Positions 29,849 to 39,156 of a DNA stretch of 64,000 nt are shown here, in pieces. Location of the stretch: assembly GCA_965552135.1 (NCBI GenBank), contig CBEVQY010000006.1, forward strand, positions 8,713 to 72,712, given 5' to 3'. The translations under genes were made by a program, and so were the position numbers. The DNA is from an uncultured bacterium. Lineage in GTDB: Bacteria > UBP14 > UBA6098 > B30-G16. The notes below the pieces were generated by a model. That model was not told the origin of the DNA. It saw nothing but the letters and a program-made list of their open reading frames with translations, and did not search any database. Every line of letters begins with the position of its first letter. Within the stretch, counting starts at the first letter, position 1.

Positions 29849-32436
29849 TCGGCGAGTATCTGCAGGGCTTGAAGCGGCGTAATGTTGTCGAGGTCCATTT
29901 CCTTGAGGGCGATGACGAGCGGATGGTACTCCGGGTCGAAGAGGGATATCTGATACCCGGCGTAGCGCTCGACCTTCCCCTTTCTGCCGCCAAGCTTGCG
30001 CACCTTTCGGAGCGGCGTTTCGCCCGATTCGAGCGTGTCGAGGATCTCCTGAGCCCGCACGATGACCTCATCGGGCACGCCGGCAAGCTTTGCGACCTGG
30101 ATGCCGTAAGAGTCGTCGCAGCCGCCGGGGACTATCTTGTGCAGGAAAACTATGTTCCCGTCTCTCTCCCGGACAGCCACCTGGAAGTTCCTCACGCGGC
30201 GCAGGTAGCTGGCAAGCTCTGTGAGCTCGTGGTAGTGCGTGGCGAAGATCGTCTTCGCCCTGTGTCCCCGGGCGTCGTGGAGGTACTCCGCGACTGCCCA
30301 CGCGATGGAGAGCCCGTCGTATGTGCTTGTGCCCCTTCCGATCTCGTCGAGGAGGACGAGGGAGCGGTCGGTGGCGTTGCGCAGGATGTTCGCCGTCTCG
30401 AGCATCTCCACAAGGAAGGTCGACTGACCCCGCGCGATGTAGTCGGTTGCGCCAACGCGGGTGAATATCCGGTCCACCGGCGTTATGCGGGCATACTCCG
30501 CGGGAACGAACGACCCGATCTGCGCCATAAGCACTATAAGCCCGTTTTGTCGCAGGTAGGTCGATTTGCCTGCCATGTTGGGTCCTGTGAGGATTATGAT
30601 CTGCTGTTCGTTGTCGAGTTTGAGGTCGTTTGGGACGAAGGCTGGGCGCCCCATGATGTCCTCGAGCACGGGATGCCTCCCGCCGCGGATCTCTATGACG
30701 CCGTCGTCGGATATCTCCGGGCGGACGTAGCGCTTTTTTATCGCCACATGCGCGAAGTTCGCAAGCACGTCGAGCTCCGCCGCTGCCGAAGCAACGTCGG
30801 CAAGCTTGCCCGCCAAAACCGAAAGCTCCGCCACAAGGCTGAGGAAGTACTCCCGCTCGATGTACTTTATCCTTTCGTCGGCGGCAAGGAGTTTGGTCTC
30901 AAGCTCCTTGAGCTGCGGCGTTATGTAGCGCTCCGCGTTCACAAGCGTTTGCTTGCGGACAAAGTCGGGCGGAACCCTCTTGACCTGAGCCTTCGTAACC
31001 TCGATGTAGTACCCGAAGACCTTGTTGTAGCCTATCCTGAGCTTCTCGATCCCCGTGCGCCTCCGCAGGCTCTGTTCGATCTCCCTTAGGACCTCCTGGG
31101 AGTTCTCCTTAAGCCTTCGGAGCTCGTCGAGCTCTGGTATCACGCCGGGCTTTATTATGCCGCCTTCGTTTATCTGCGCCGGCGGGTCTGGGACGATGGT
31201 TTGCTCGATGCGTTCCCTCACTTCTGGCATCGGGTCGAGTCTTGCGCGAAGCTCCGAGAGGAGCGGCGAGGTGAAGACCTCAAGCTTCCTTATCTCCTCC
31301 ACGGCTTTCAGCGCCTGTGCGCAGTGGACGAGGTCCTTCGGCGAGGCTTTGTGCCCCCCGATTTTGCCGGCGATGCGTTCGAAATCGCCCATTTGGGCGA
31401 GGAGCTCCCGCAGCCTCGTCAGGTTCGCGCCGCTTTTTATGAGCGCCTCTACCGCCTCGAGGCGCTGCCGGATCTTTATGGGATCGACCAGCGGGAGGAG
31501 GATCCACCTGCGCAGGGTGCGCTTGCCCATGGGCGTCACGGTCTCGTCGAGGGACCACAAAAGCGTTCCGCGTTTGCCGCCGTCGGCGATGGACGCGACA
31601 AGCTCGAGGTTTCGAACGGTCGCCTCATCGAGCTCCATGACGTCTCCTCGCCTTTCGCGCGAAAGCCCGCGGATGTGGCAGAGCCTGCCTTTCTTAAGCT
31701 GGCGCAGGTACTCGATGATCGCCCCCGCAGCACCTATCTCCTCGTCCGTGAAGCTTCCGAAGCCCTCAAGCGTTGTTACGCCGAAGTGTTCGACAAGCGC
31801 CTTTCGGGCGCGCTCCGCGCCAAAGCTCCACGGGTCAAAAAGGGAGACGCGGACGTCTGGAAAGCGCCCCTTAAGCTTTTTCAAAAGCCCCTCGGGGATG
31901 TCGTCGGGAACGAGGATCTCCTTGGGCTCGAGTTTAACGAGTTCGTCCCAAAGGCTTTGCGCCGTGCATGTCAGCGTGAAGAACTCGCCGGCGAGTATAT
32001 CTATTGCTGCCAGCGCAAAACCCTCCTTTGTGGGCGAGAGCGCCACCAGGAACTGGTTTCTGTCGCTTTCGGCTCCCGCCTCCACAGTTATCGTGCCGGG
32101 TGTCATCACCTCGACCACGTCGCGCTTGACGAGCCCCTTGGCGAGCTTAGGGTCCTCGAGCTGCTCGCAGATGGCAACCTTGAAGCCCGCGCGCAAAAGC
32201 TTGGCAAGATACCTTTCCGCGGAGTGATACGGCACGCCGGCAAGGGGCGTCCGCTTGCCCTGACCGTGATCCCGCGACGTTAGCGCTATGCCCAAAACCT
32301 CCGAGGCTATCTTGGCGTCCTCGTCGAACATCTCGTAAAAATCGCCCATCCGGAAGAAGAGTATCGCGTCGGGGTAGCGGGCTTTGATGGCGTAGTATTG
32401 CTCCATAAGCGTCGTTTTTTTGCCCTTGCCTTTCAT
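29824..32436 (-). CDS. mutS: DNA mismatch repair protein MutS
   Basis: N-terminal mismatch-binding motif (TPMMQQY-like LMEQYYAIK...GDFYEMF), Walker A GPNMAGKST, 870 aa. Confidence 0.92.
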   Translation of the reverse strand: MKGKGKKTTLMEQYYAIKARYPDAILFFRMGDFYEMFDEDAKIASEVLGIALTSRDHGQGKRTPLAGVPYHSAERYLAKLLRAGFKVAICEQLEDPKLAKGLVKRDVVEVMTPGTITVEAGAESDRNQFLVALSPTKEGFALAAIDILAGEFFTLTCTAQSLWDELVKLEPKEILVPDDIPEGLLKKLKGRFPDVRVSLFDPWSFGAERARKALVEHFGVTTLEGFGSFTDEEIGAAGAIIEYLRQLKKGRLCHIRGLSRERRGDVMELDEATVRNLELVASIADGGKRGTLLWSLDETVTPMGKRTLRRWILLPLVDPIKIRQRLEAVEALIKSGANLTRLRELLAQMGDFERIAGKIGGHKASPKDLVHCAQALKAVEEIRKLEVFTSPLLSELRARLDPMPEVRERIEQTIVPDPPAQINEGGIIKPGVIPELDELRRLKENSQEVLREIEQSLRRRTGIEKLRIGYNKVFGYYIEVTKAQVKRVPPDFVRKQTLVNAERYITPQLKELETKLLAADERIKYIEREYFLSLVAELSVLAGKLADVASAAAELDVLANFAHVAIKKRYVRPEISDDGVIEIRGGRHPVLEDIMGRPAFVPNDLKLDNEQQIIILTGPNMAGKSTYLRQNGLIVLMAQIGSFVPAEYARITPVDRIFTRVGATDYIARGQSTFLVEMLETANILRNATDRSLVLLDEIGRGTSTYDGLSIAWAVAEYLHDARGHRAKTIFATHYHELTELASYLRRVRNFQVAVRERDGNIVFLHKIVPGGCDDSYGIQVAKLAGVPDEVIVRAQEILDTLESGETPLRKVRKLGGRKGKVERYAGYQISLFDPEYHPLVIALKEMDLDNITPLQALQILAEWKRKWER

Positions 32437-32562
32437 AACGAAGTCAAGTTAAGCACGATCCCGTTGTGGCGCAACCGATAAGGGGCTCGGGCGCCCCAAA
32501 AAGGACTTGATTAGTTCCGAGGGCGGCGGTTATTTTTGTGGAAAGGCAAGGAGGTGCCGGGT

Positions 32563-34836
32563 ATGGTCAGGCGGTGTTTTTGGATTTGTCTATCGTTGGC
32601 TTTTGGTCTTTGTTTTGGCGCAAGCGGCGGTCCGGATGAGTTCGGGTACCGCTGGGTCGACTCCGATGAGCCCGGAGGACCCGCCTTCGAGTGGATCGAG
32701 ATAAGCTCCACGGGCGAGGTTCTGTCGCTCCACTGCGACGACTGCACCGACGAAATAACCCTGTCTGCGCCGTTCGAGTTCTATGGCGACGAATACACCC
32801 ACGCGAAGGTTTCGTCCAACGGATACATAAGCTTTGACCTTTCGATGACGTGGTATCCGATAACCGTGGGTCCGTTTCCTGATCCGTTCTCGCCCAACCT
32901 CGTCATTGCGCCCTACAATATGGACCTGAACCCGAGCTTAAGCCCGGGCGACATCTACTTCCAAGATTTCGGCGACAAGGCGGTGATAGAGTGGAAGGAG
33001 ATAAGGGAGTATGGGAGCTCGGCGACGGGGACGTCCACTTTCGAGGTCATTCTGCACTACGGCAGGAGGGAGATCATCTTTCAGTACCTCGAGACGCGCG
33101 TAGCCACCCACACCGCATACGTTGGGATAGAGGACGCCTCGGGCTCGGTCGGTCTCAACGTCTGGAGCTGGAGCAGCGATCCACCCGACAGCTACGCGAT
33201 CCGTTTGCGCGCAACGCCTGTGGCAACTCCGCCCTACGGCTGCAACTTCGAAATCGGGTGCGATGACTTTTCGTTCCCCGGAACGACCGGCTGGGAGTGG
33301 GGGATATTGCCCACAAGCTCGCCCGCCTTCCCGCCGTCGACGGGCGTGAAGTGCGTTGCCACCGTCCTTGCGGGCGACTACTCGAACAACGCCGACTGGG
33401 TGTTCGAAACGCCACACATCGACGCAACCACAATAACCTGGCCCATCGTGGACTTTTGGCACTACTACGACTGCGAGGAGGGTCACGACGGGGGCGTTGT
33501 GGAGGTTTCCACCGACGACGGCGCAAGCTGGGTTATAGTTGAGCCCGAGGACGGTTACCCGACGACGATGACCACAGGTCCTCTCGCCGGCATGAACGCG
33601 TTTTCGGGCTCAAGCGGCGGATGGCATAAGGTCTCCTTCGACCTCTCGGACTACGCGGGGCAGGAGTTTGTGATGCGGTTCCACTTCATCTCCGACGATG
33701 CAAACACAGGCCCCGGGTGGTACATAGACGACTTCGGCTATCATCAGGCCTACGGCTTCCTCCACGGCTACGTCGACCTTGGCTACTTCGAGCCCGATTC
33801 CGGCGCGCTCGTGGAGATCGTCGATCTGGGGCGGTCGACCCTCACCGACACAAGTGGCTACTTCGTCTTCGACTCCGTCGACGTCGGTGAGCACTATCTG
33901 CGCATCTCAAGACCCCACTTCGTAACGCGCGACTCCATATACTTCTCCATGGCGAGGTTCGACACGGTGTATTTGGAGGTTCTGCTTGCGCCCGAGCTTT
34001 ACTCCGAGGATTTCGAGGAGGGCAACGGCGATATGGCTGCTGATCCCGTCGACGGCTGGCAGTGGGGCAGACCCGACTCACTCTTCGAAACCGGTCCGGC
34101 GGTGGCTCACTCGGGAACGCTTTGTTGGGGGACCAACCTCGCGGGGAACTACTCCAACAACGCCGACTGGAAGCTTGTCGTTCAGGTTCCGCTTTATGAG
34201 GTTCGCTGGCCGCTACTCAGCTTCTACACGTGGTATAAATTCAACGGCGAGTGGGCGGGCATGCTTTACGACGGCGGCAACGTGAAGGTTTCCGTCGACA
34301 GCGGCGCGACCTGGCAGATAGTCTACCCTGTTGAGGGTTACGATGGCATCGTCGGCGCCCACAACGACTACCTCGGCAGCGAGCCCGCCTTTGGCGGAAT
34401 GGAGAACGGCAACTACTGGCACGAGGTTCACTTCCCGCTTTACGATTTTGCGGGGTCACCTGTGATCTGGGTGATGTTCGAGCTTGGCAGCGACGGCGCA
34501 GGCACCGCGGCGGGATGGTACATCGACGATGTGCGCCTCGCCGAGGATTCGACCTACGCGGGCGTTTTCGAAGGGACGGCGGTTCCCGCCAAGCCTTTGC
34601 TTGCGGTGGCGCCCAATCCGTTCAACGCAGCGTGTCGAATAAGCTACGTAGCGCGCGGCGGCGTCATCTCGATCCTTGATCTTACGGGGCGGTGTGTGGC
34701 TCGCTTCGAGCTGTCTGGGAAGTCAGGCAGGGGCTACGTCGTGTGGGATGCGGCGGGTTGCCCCAGCGGCGTATACACGGTTAAGCTTTCGGCGCAGGGC
34801 GCAGAGACGGCAAAGCGGGTCATCCTCGTTAGATGA
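32563..34836 (+). CDS. Secreted protein with two jelly-roll (MAM / choice-of-anchor-like) domains and a T9SS type A CTD
   Basis: Signal peptide. Two copies of ...VS.D.GA(S/T)W..V.P.(D/E)GY...W....F.L.D(Y/F)AG...GWYIDD. C-terminus APNPFNAACRISY...ILDLTGRCV...GVYTVKL. Confidence 0.55.
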   Translation: MVRRCFWICLSLAFGLCFGASGGPDEFGYRWVDSDEPGGPAFEWIEISSTGEVLSLHCDDCTDEITLSAPFEFYGDEYTHAKVSSNGYISFDLSMTWYPITVGPFPDPFSPNLVIAPYNMDLNPSLSPGDIYFQDFGDKAVIEWKEIREYGSSATGTSTFEVILHYGRREIIFQYLETRVATHTAYVGIEDASGSVGLNVWSWSSDPPDSYAIRLRATPVATPPYGCNFEIGCDDFSFPGTTGWEWGILPTSSPAFPPSTGVKCVATVLAGDYSNNADWVFETPHIDATTITWPIVDFWHYYDCEEGHDGGVVEVSTDDGASWVIVEPEDGYPTTMTTGPLAGMNAFSGSSGGWHKVSFDLSDYAGQEFVMRFHFISDDANTGPGWYIDDFGYHQAYGFLHGYVDLGYFEPDSGALVEIVDLGRSTLTDTSGYFVFDSVDVGEHYLRISRPHFVTRDSIYFSMARFDTVYLEVLLAPELYSEDFEEGNGDMAADPVDGWQWGRPDSLFETGPAVAHSGTLCWGTNLAGNYSNNADWKLVVQVPLYEVRWPLLSFYTWYKFNGEWAGMLYDGGNVKVSVDSGATWQIVYPVEGYDGIVGAHNDYLGSEPAFGGMENGNYWHEVHFPLYDFAGSPVIWVMFELGSDGAGTAAGWYIDDVRLAEDSTYAGVFEGTAVPAKPLLAVAPNPFNAACRISYVARGGVISILDLTGRCVARFELSGKSGRGYVVWDAAGCPSGVYTVKLSAQGAETAKRVILVR

Positions 34837-34905
34837 ACGCTCAGGAAGGCTTGTGCGTTTGAGGGGTTAGGAGTGCATTCGCTCGGTGTGGCGCAGGTAA
34901 GGTGT

Positions 34906-35265
34906 TTAGGTCAGATCCTTGAGGCTGTCCAGTAGGGCTTTGAGGGTTTTCCTGACCACATGCCTTTTGTCGGAGGGGAGGGATCTGTAAGCTGCCAAAA
35001 GTTTTGAGATTTCCTCCTCCTTCTGCCAGTCGGCTCTTCCGTGTTGGGGTATCTCTTCGAAGACCTCGGCCAGGTGCACGCCGAGGGCTTTAGTTATTGC
35101 GAAGAGGACCCCGAGTGAGGGGTTTGTTGCGCCTCGCTCGATGTCGCTTATGTGGCTTGCGTTTACTCCCGCCTCGAGTGCGAGGTCGAGTTGGCTTATC
35201 CCCCTCGCCTTGCGCAGCGAACGAATCCGCTCACCGACTATTCGGAGAAATTCTGATTTTTCCAT
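34906..35265 (-). CDS. XRE-family helix-turn-helix transcriptional regulator
   Basis: HTH_XRE motif LRKARGISQLDLALEAGVNASHISDIERG. Start trimmed to MEKSEF... (ATG verified at 35263-35265). Confidence 0.7.
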   Translation of the reverse strand: MEKSEFLRIVGERIRSLRKARGISQLDLALEAGVNASHISDIERGATNPSLGVLFAITKALGVHLAEVFEEIPQHGRADWQKEEEISKLLAAYRSLPSDKRHVVRKTLKALLDSLKDLT

Positions 35266-35288
35266 GGTCAGTTTGTATCTTAGCGAAA

Positions 35289-35352
35289 TTTGTCTTTGTG
35301 AAAATCGACTAAAGACAAAATTTTTCTTGACAATATCGACTGTAGACAAAAT
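35289..35352. promoter_or_regulatory. Putative operator: inverted repeat TTTGTCTTT-N13-AAAGACAAA plus two direct repeats ATCGACTnnAGACAAAAT spaced 31 bp apart
   Basis: Read directly from the sequence: inverted repeat at 35289-35319; direct repeats at 35304-35321 and 35335-35352. They overlap the -35/spacer of the predicted promoter for the 35396 gene, in the divergent region beside the XRE gene. Confidence 0.45.
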
Positions 35353-35355
35353 ATT
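35327..35355 (+). promoter_or_regulatory. Putative sigma70-type promoter TTGACA-N17-AATATT for the 35396 gene
   Basis: TTGACA at 35327-35332, 17-nt spacer, AATATT at 35350-35355. ATG lies 40 nt downstream, preceded by the RBS GAGGAGGTG. Confidence 0.4.
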
Positions 35356-35395
35356 TGAAACGAGTGATCGTTTGATCGTTTCGAGGAGGTGAAGC

Positions 35396-37027
35396 ATGAG
35401 GCACGTACGCGTTTGGGTGGTCTTTCTTCTCTGTGGGTGCGTTTTTGGGCAGGTGCCGCGGACTCTGTCATTTCAAGGGAAGTTGGTGGGGGTGTCCTCA
35501 CCGGTAGATATGTATTTTTACATCTACGACACAGAGACCGGTGGCACGCCATTGTGGACAGAGTATCATCCGGATGTGGTTTTGAGCGGCGATGGGTTGT
35601 TTAATGTAATTCTCGGCGAGACGAACCCGATAGATCTTGATTTTTCTGCTCAATATTGGCTTGAAGTCAGGGTTGACATGACTGTTCTTCCGAACCGTTT
35701 CAAGCTTACCGCTGGCGCTTACTCCATTCACGCAATTCTTTCTGACACGGCAAAATATACCGTTTATGCTGATACTGCCGTGTATGCTTTATCCTGTGCT
35801 GATGGCGGAAGCGCACAGGATACATTTGTCGCATACTGGGATAGCCTAAGGAATGTTCCGGCCGGTTTCGCGGATGGAACTGACGACATTGGCAACGACG
35901 TTCTCGATGATCTTTCGGATAATTCGATAAACGACCTCTCCGATGTAAACACAAGCGGTGTTAGCATAGGTCAGGTCTTGAAGTGGGATGGAACAAACTG
36001 GATACCGGCGAACGATAGTGTAGGCAGTGGGGGAAGTAGCATAAGCATTTCCCAAGGAACTGGGATTTCTTGTTCGCCAAACCCTATAACCTCAACTGGT
36101 GTGGTTTCCTTTGATCAGAGTTGGGGGGATTCTCGGTATGTAAATGAAGGGCAGTCCGCCGGCGGTGATTTGACGGGAAGTTATCCTAACCCGACAGTAT
36201 CCAAGATTCAAGGTAGGCCGGTTTCAAGTAATGCACCGTCGGTTGGTCAGGTTCTTAAATGGGATGGTTCACAATGGGCTCCCGGGACGGATGAAACAGG
36301 AGGTAGTGGCAATTGGTATTTGTCAGGCGATAAGCTTCGCCCTAACAGTTCGAGTTGGAGAGTTGTCGTTGGAAACGATTTTGACTTTGGGGAAATAATG
36401 CTTATGACCCGAAATGAAAATAGTGGAGGAGCGGCAATAGGGGGTTATGCATACGGCAGTTCTGTTGTAGGTGTTTTTGGGTATTGCGATAATGAATTTG
36501 CGGGGGTTCAAGGCAATGCAGGTGGGGGCAATTACGGCGTTTATGGATTTAACGGTGATTATGGTGTGTATGCTTCAGGTGATATGGGGTGTTCTGGCAG
36601 TAAATCAGCTGTTGTTAGAATTGGTGACGATGCTTATGAATTTTACACGGTGGAGTCGCCCGAGATATGGTTTGAAGATTTTGGTGAGGCAAAGCTTGAA
36701 AATGGTAGGGCTCATATTGAATTAGAGGAACTTTTCTTGCAGGCTTGCACAATTGATGAGGATCATCCTATGCAAGTTTTTATAACGCCCTATAGTCCTC
36801 TAGGGGAGTATTACATTGTAAGGCAAGCAACGGGTTTTGATGTAATACAAGTGGCTGGAGGAGAAAAAGATGCATCTTTCGGCTATCGCGTAATTGCAAA
36901 AAGAAAAGGCTATGAGAATATTCGAAATAGACGGGTGACGGAGACAGTGAAAGCTGATCCTGTTTTATATCCAGAACTTAGAAATGGTATGCCTAAATGG
37001 ATGAATCCCAGGTTTTCGGGGAGGTGA
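35396..37027 (+). CDS. Secreted tail-fibre-like repeat protein (hypothetical)
   Basis: Signal peptide. N-terminal motif LSFQGKL...YFYIYDTETGGTPLWTE...GLFNVILGE, repeated (S/A)(I/V)GQVLKWDG..W.P motifs, a Gly/Tyr-rich segment and a conserved C-terminal domain. AT-richer codon usage. Confidence 0.55.
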   Translation: MRHVRVWVVFLLCGCVFGQVPRTLSFQGKLVGVSSPVDMYFYIYDTETGGTPLWTEYHPDVVLSGDGLFNVILGETNPIDLDFSAQYWLEVRVDMTVLPNRFKLTAGAYSIHAILSDTAKYTVYADTAVYALSCADGGSAQDTFVAYWDSLRNVPAGFADGTDDIGNDVLDDLSDNSINDLSDVNTSGVSIGQVLKWDGTNWIPANDSVGSGGSSISISQGTGISCSPNPITSTGVVSFDQSWGDSRYVNEGQSAGGDLTGSYPNPTVSKIQGRPVSSNAPSVGQVLKWDGSQWAPGTDETGGSGNWYLSGDKLRPNSSSWRVVVGNDFDFGEIMLMTRNENSGGAAIGGYAYGSSVVGVFGYCDNEFAGVQGNAGGGNYGVYGFNGDYGVYASGDMGCSGSKSAVVRIGDDAYEFYTVESPEIWFEDFGEAKLENGRAHIELEELFLQACTIDEDHPMQVFITPYSPLGEYYIVRQATGFDVIQVAGGEKDASFGYRVIAKRKGYENIRNRRVTETVKADPVLYPELRNGMPKWMNPRFSGR

Positions 37028-37029
37028 AG

Positions 37030-37530
37030 ATGAATCTCACGGTGATGATAGGAATCTTGCTGTTGATTATTTCCGCTGGGGCTCAATCTCTCCCCTGGTG
37101 GGTTTTCGACAACGGTGGCGGGATGCAAATTCTCGGCAGCGATGATACAGCCTATGTCTCTATTGGGCAGACTGCTATCGGTGAGAAAAGCACCGAAACA
37201 CTTTACCTCGGCGCAGGTTATCTTTACATCGAAGCTGCGTCTATGCGGGCAAAAGAAAATTCTGTCAGCCCTCAGTTACCGTTCATCCGTATAACCCCTA
37301 ATCCGTTTAACACGTCGTGCTTAATTGTAGTGGGGTCCGGCACCAACCGCACCGTGCAGGTCGAAGTGTACGATGTGCTTGGCAAAAGTGTTGCATCCTG
37401 GCAGCTATTTCCTCGTGCCGGAGTCCATACGATAAAATGGAATCCTAGTAACCTGCCCTCCGGAATCTACGTGGTTAAGATAAGCACTGATAACGGGTCG
37501 GTCACAAAAACGGCTGCTCTTGTAAGATAA
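37030..37530 (+). CDS. Mini secreted protein consisting of a signal peptide, a short domain and a T9SS type A CTD
   Basis: Start chosen at the ATG (37030) immediately after the upstream stop, with the RBS GAGGTGAAG. C-terminus ITPNPFNTSCLIVV...VEVYDVLGKSV...GIYVVKIS...AALVR. Confidence 0.5.
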   Translation: MNLTVMIGILLLIISAGAQSLPWWVFDNGGGMQILGSDDTAYVSIGQTAIGEKSTETLYLGAGYLYIEAASMRAKENSVSPQLPFIRITPNPFNTSCLIVVGSGTNRTVQVEVYDVLGKSVASWQLFPRAGVHTIKWNPSNLPSGIYVVKISTDNGSVTKTAALVR

Positions 37531-37579
37531 CGAAAGCTTGAATGCCTGGGCTCCTGCGTAAGCTTGCTTTTAGTGCGTT

Positions 37580-39136
37580 TTACCTCACACACAAGACCCT
37601 CGTCGTTGCGGCAAAGGGGTCTGCCCTGAGTATGTAGAGACCTGACCGCAGCGTGCTCAGTTCGACTTCGACGCTAGTTGCGCCGGCGGGAACGGAGATC
37701 CTTGTCACGAGCTCTCCCTTGCTGTTGAACACTGAAAGTGCCCGCGCTCCGGGAGGAAGTTTAACCACACATCCCGAGTTGAACGGGTTTGGCGATGCCG
37801 AAAGCATCGTTTTGGGCTTATGTGTGCGCGTCTCGGCGACGGCCCAGATGCTGTCTGTGGGGGCGATTATAAGGGGTTCCGGCGTGAGCACCACGCTATC
37901 GCAGGAGACAATGGATGTGTCGCCAAGCCCGTTTTCTGTGAGGAGCCAGCCCGCCGCGTGCGGGCAGAAGTCCACCGTTGTTTCGCCCGTCCAGCGCCAC
38001 GCAACGAAAACGGTATCGCGCGGCACCATAGCCTCGTCGCGCCTCACGAACCTAAAGCACACGCATCCCGCGCCGATGTCCACGTTCGAGTCGAACTCCG
38101 TTCCCCAGAGGAAGCGGCGCAGGGTGGGGTAGGTGTACGGATATGGTCCTCCCGGGGTGAAGTTGAAGGATGATGCCGATGGGTTTGCGCTGCGCCAGGC
38201 GTAGTACTCTTGTGCTACATCAGCTGCCGAGGCGAAGCGGGCTATGGTATCGCCGAAGGGGGTGGTGTGTCCGACGAAGTTTTCCGAGAGCCACTGCAGG
38301 ATTTCGGTGTGGTCGTCGTGGCGGTATTGTATGGCTCTTGGGTGCGCAAGCCAGCTTATCACCCACACCTTCTGCGGCGTGCCGTGGCGTATCTGCGCAA
38401 GCCACTCGATGTAAAGCATAAGGAAGCGTCTCTTCCAGAACGGTGGATCCGTCGGGCACCACGGATGCGCCTCGGGCAAAAGCGGGATCTGGACGTAGGG
38501 TTGCGATAGGTTCTCGCGGAGGAGGTCGTCGAGGTCGAGGGGGTCGAGGCGAACCTGCCACGGGTTCCAGGGGTAGTGGTAAAGAACCGACTCCGCCTCT
38601 ATCTCCTGATTGAGCTCCATTATGGCTATCTGGTAGAAGCCGAATGAGTCCATAATCTCCGGCAGGAACTCGCGGAAGAACGGGGCGATGGTTCTGTTGT
38701 TTTCGGCACCAATGGCCGAGTCGACGCAGACCTTATTCATTTGTATGACCTGCCAGACGGTCTCGGGGTCGGCGGTGTAGATGTACTCCACCGGCGCAAA
38801 AAGCCTCCAGTCGTGGCGGGCGTAGCGCCAGTAGTTGGGGTGCACGTGTGTGCCTATGTCTCCGCCGAGGGCGAGGATGCTCACAAGCTCGCCCTGGTCG
38901 GATGAGTCGACGACGTATTCCATAAACTCGCCCGTGCTCTGCACCGAAAGCGGAGCGCCGTAAGAGGCGGCAACGTCCCTGAGCCAGCAAAGCTCCCTTA
39001 TGCGCGTTGTGTAAGAGACTGTGTCCCCAAGCTCCGTCTCGAACGGCTCGATGTGGACGTTGACTATGACGTTTATAGGCGGCTGATGCGCAAGGACAGC
39101 CCCAAAAAGCGACGCCAAAAGCGCTGCAACAACCAT
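37580..39136 (-). CDS. Secreted hypothetical protein with a T9SS type A CTD
   Basis: Signal peptide. C-terminus ASPNPFNSGCVVKL...LSVFNSKGELV...GLYILRA...VLCVR. Central region of unknown function. Confidence 0.55.
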   Translation of the reverse strand: MVVAALLASLFGAVLAHQPPINVIVNVHIEPFETELGDTVSYTTRIRELCWLRDVAASYGAPLSVQSTGEFMEYVVDSSDQGELVSILALGGDIGTHVHPNYWRYARHDWRLFAPVEYIYTADPETVWQVIQMNKVCVDSAIGAENNRTIAPFFREFLPEIMDSFGFYQIAIMELNQEIEAESVLYHYPWNPWQVRLDPLDLDDLLRENLSQPYVQIPLLPEAHPWCPTDPPFWKRRFLMLYIEWLAQIRHGTPQKVWVISWLAHPRAIQYRHDDHTEILQWLSENFVGHTTPFGDTIARFASAADVAQEYYAWRSANPSASSFNFTPGGPYPYTYPTLRRFLWGTEFDSNVDIGAGCVCFRFVRRDEAMVPRDTVFVAWRWTGETTVDFCPHAAGWLLTENGLGDTSIVSCDSVVLTPEPLIIAPTDSIWAVAETRTHKPKTMLSASPNPFNSGCVVKLPPGARALSVFNSKGELVTRISVPAGATSVEVELSTLRSGLYILRADPFAATTRVLCVR

Positions 39137-39156
39137 CGCACGCCTCCTTGCAAAGA

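Noticed and set aside
29818-32283. Three long + strand ORFs (423, 390, 360 aa) across the mutS region
   Set aside because: MutS on the minus strand is unmistakable. These are overlapping shadow frames.
32470-32500. GC hairpin GGGGCTCGGGCGCCCC followed by an A-run
   Set aside because: It lies upstream of both divergent genes (mutS and the 32563 gene), so there is no transcript for it to terminate. Left uncalled.
37531-37579. Possible bidirectional terminator between the convergent genes (AAGCTT...AAGCTT followed by CTTTT)
   Set aside because: Only a 6-bp stem with an approximately 20-nt loop and a 4-T tract. Too weak to call.
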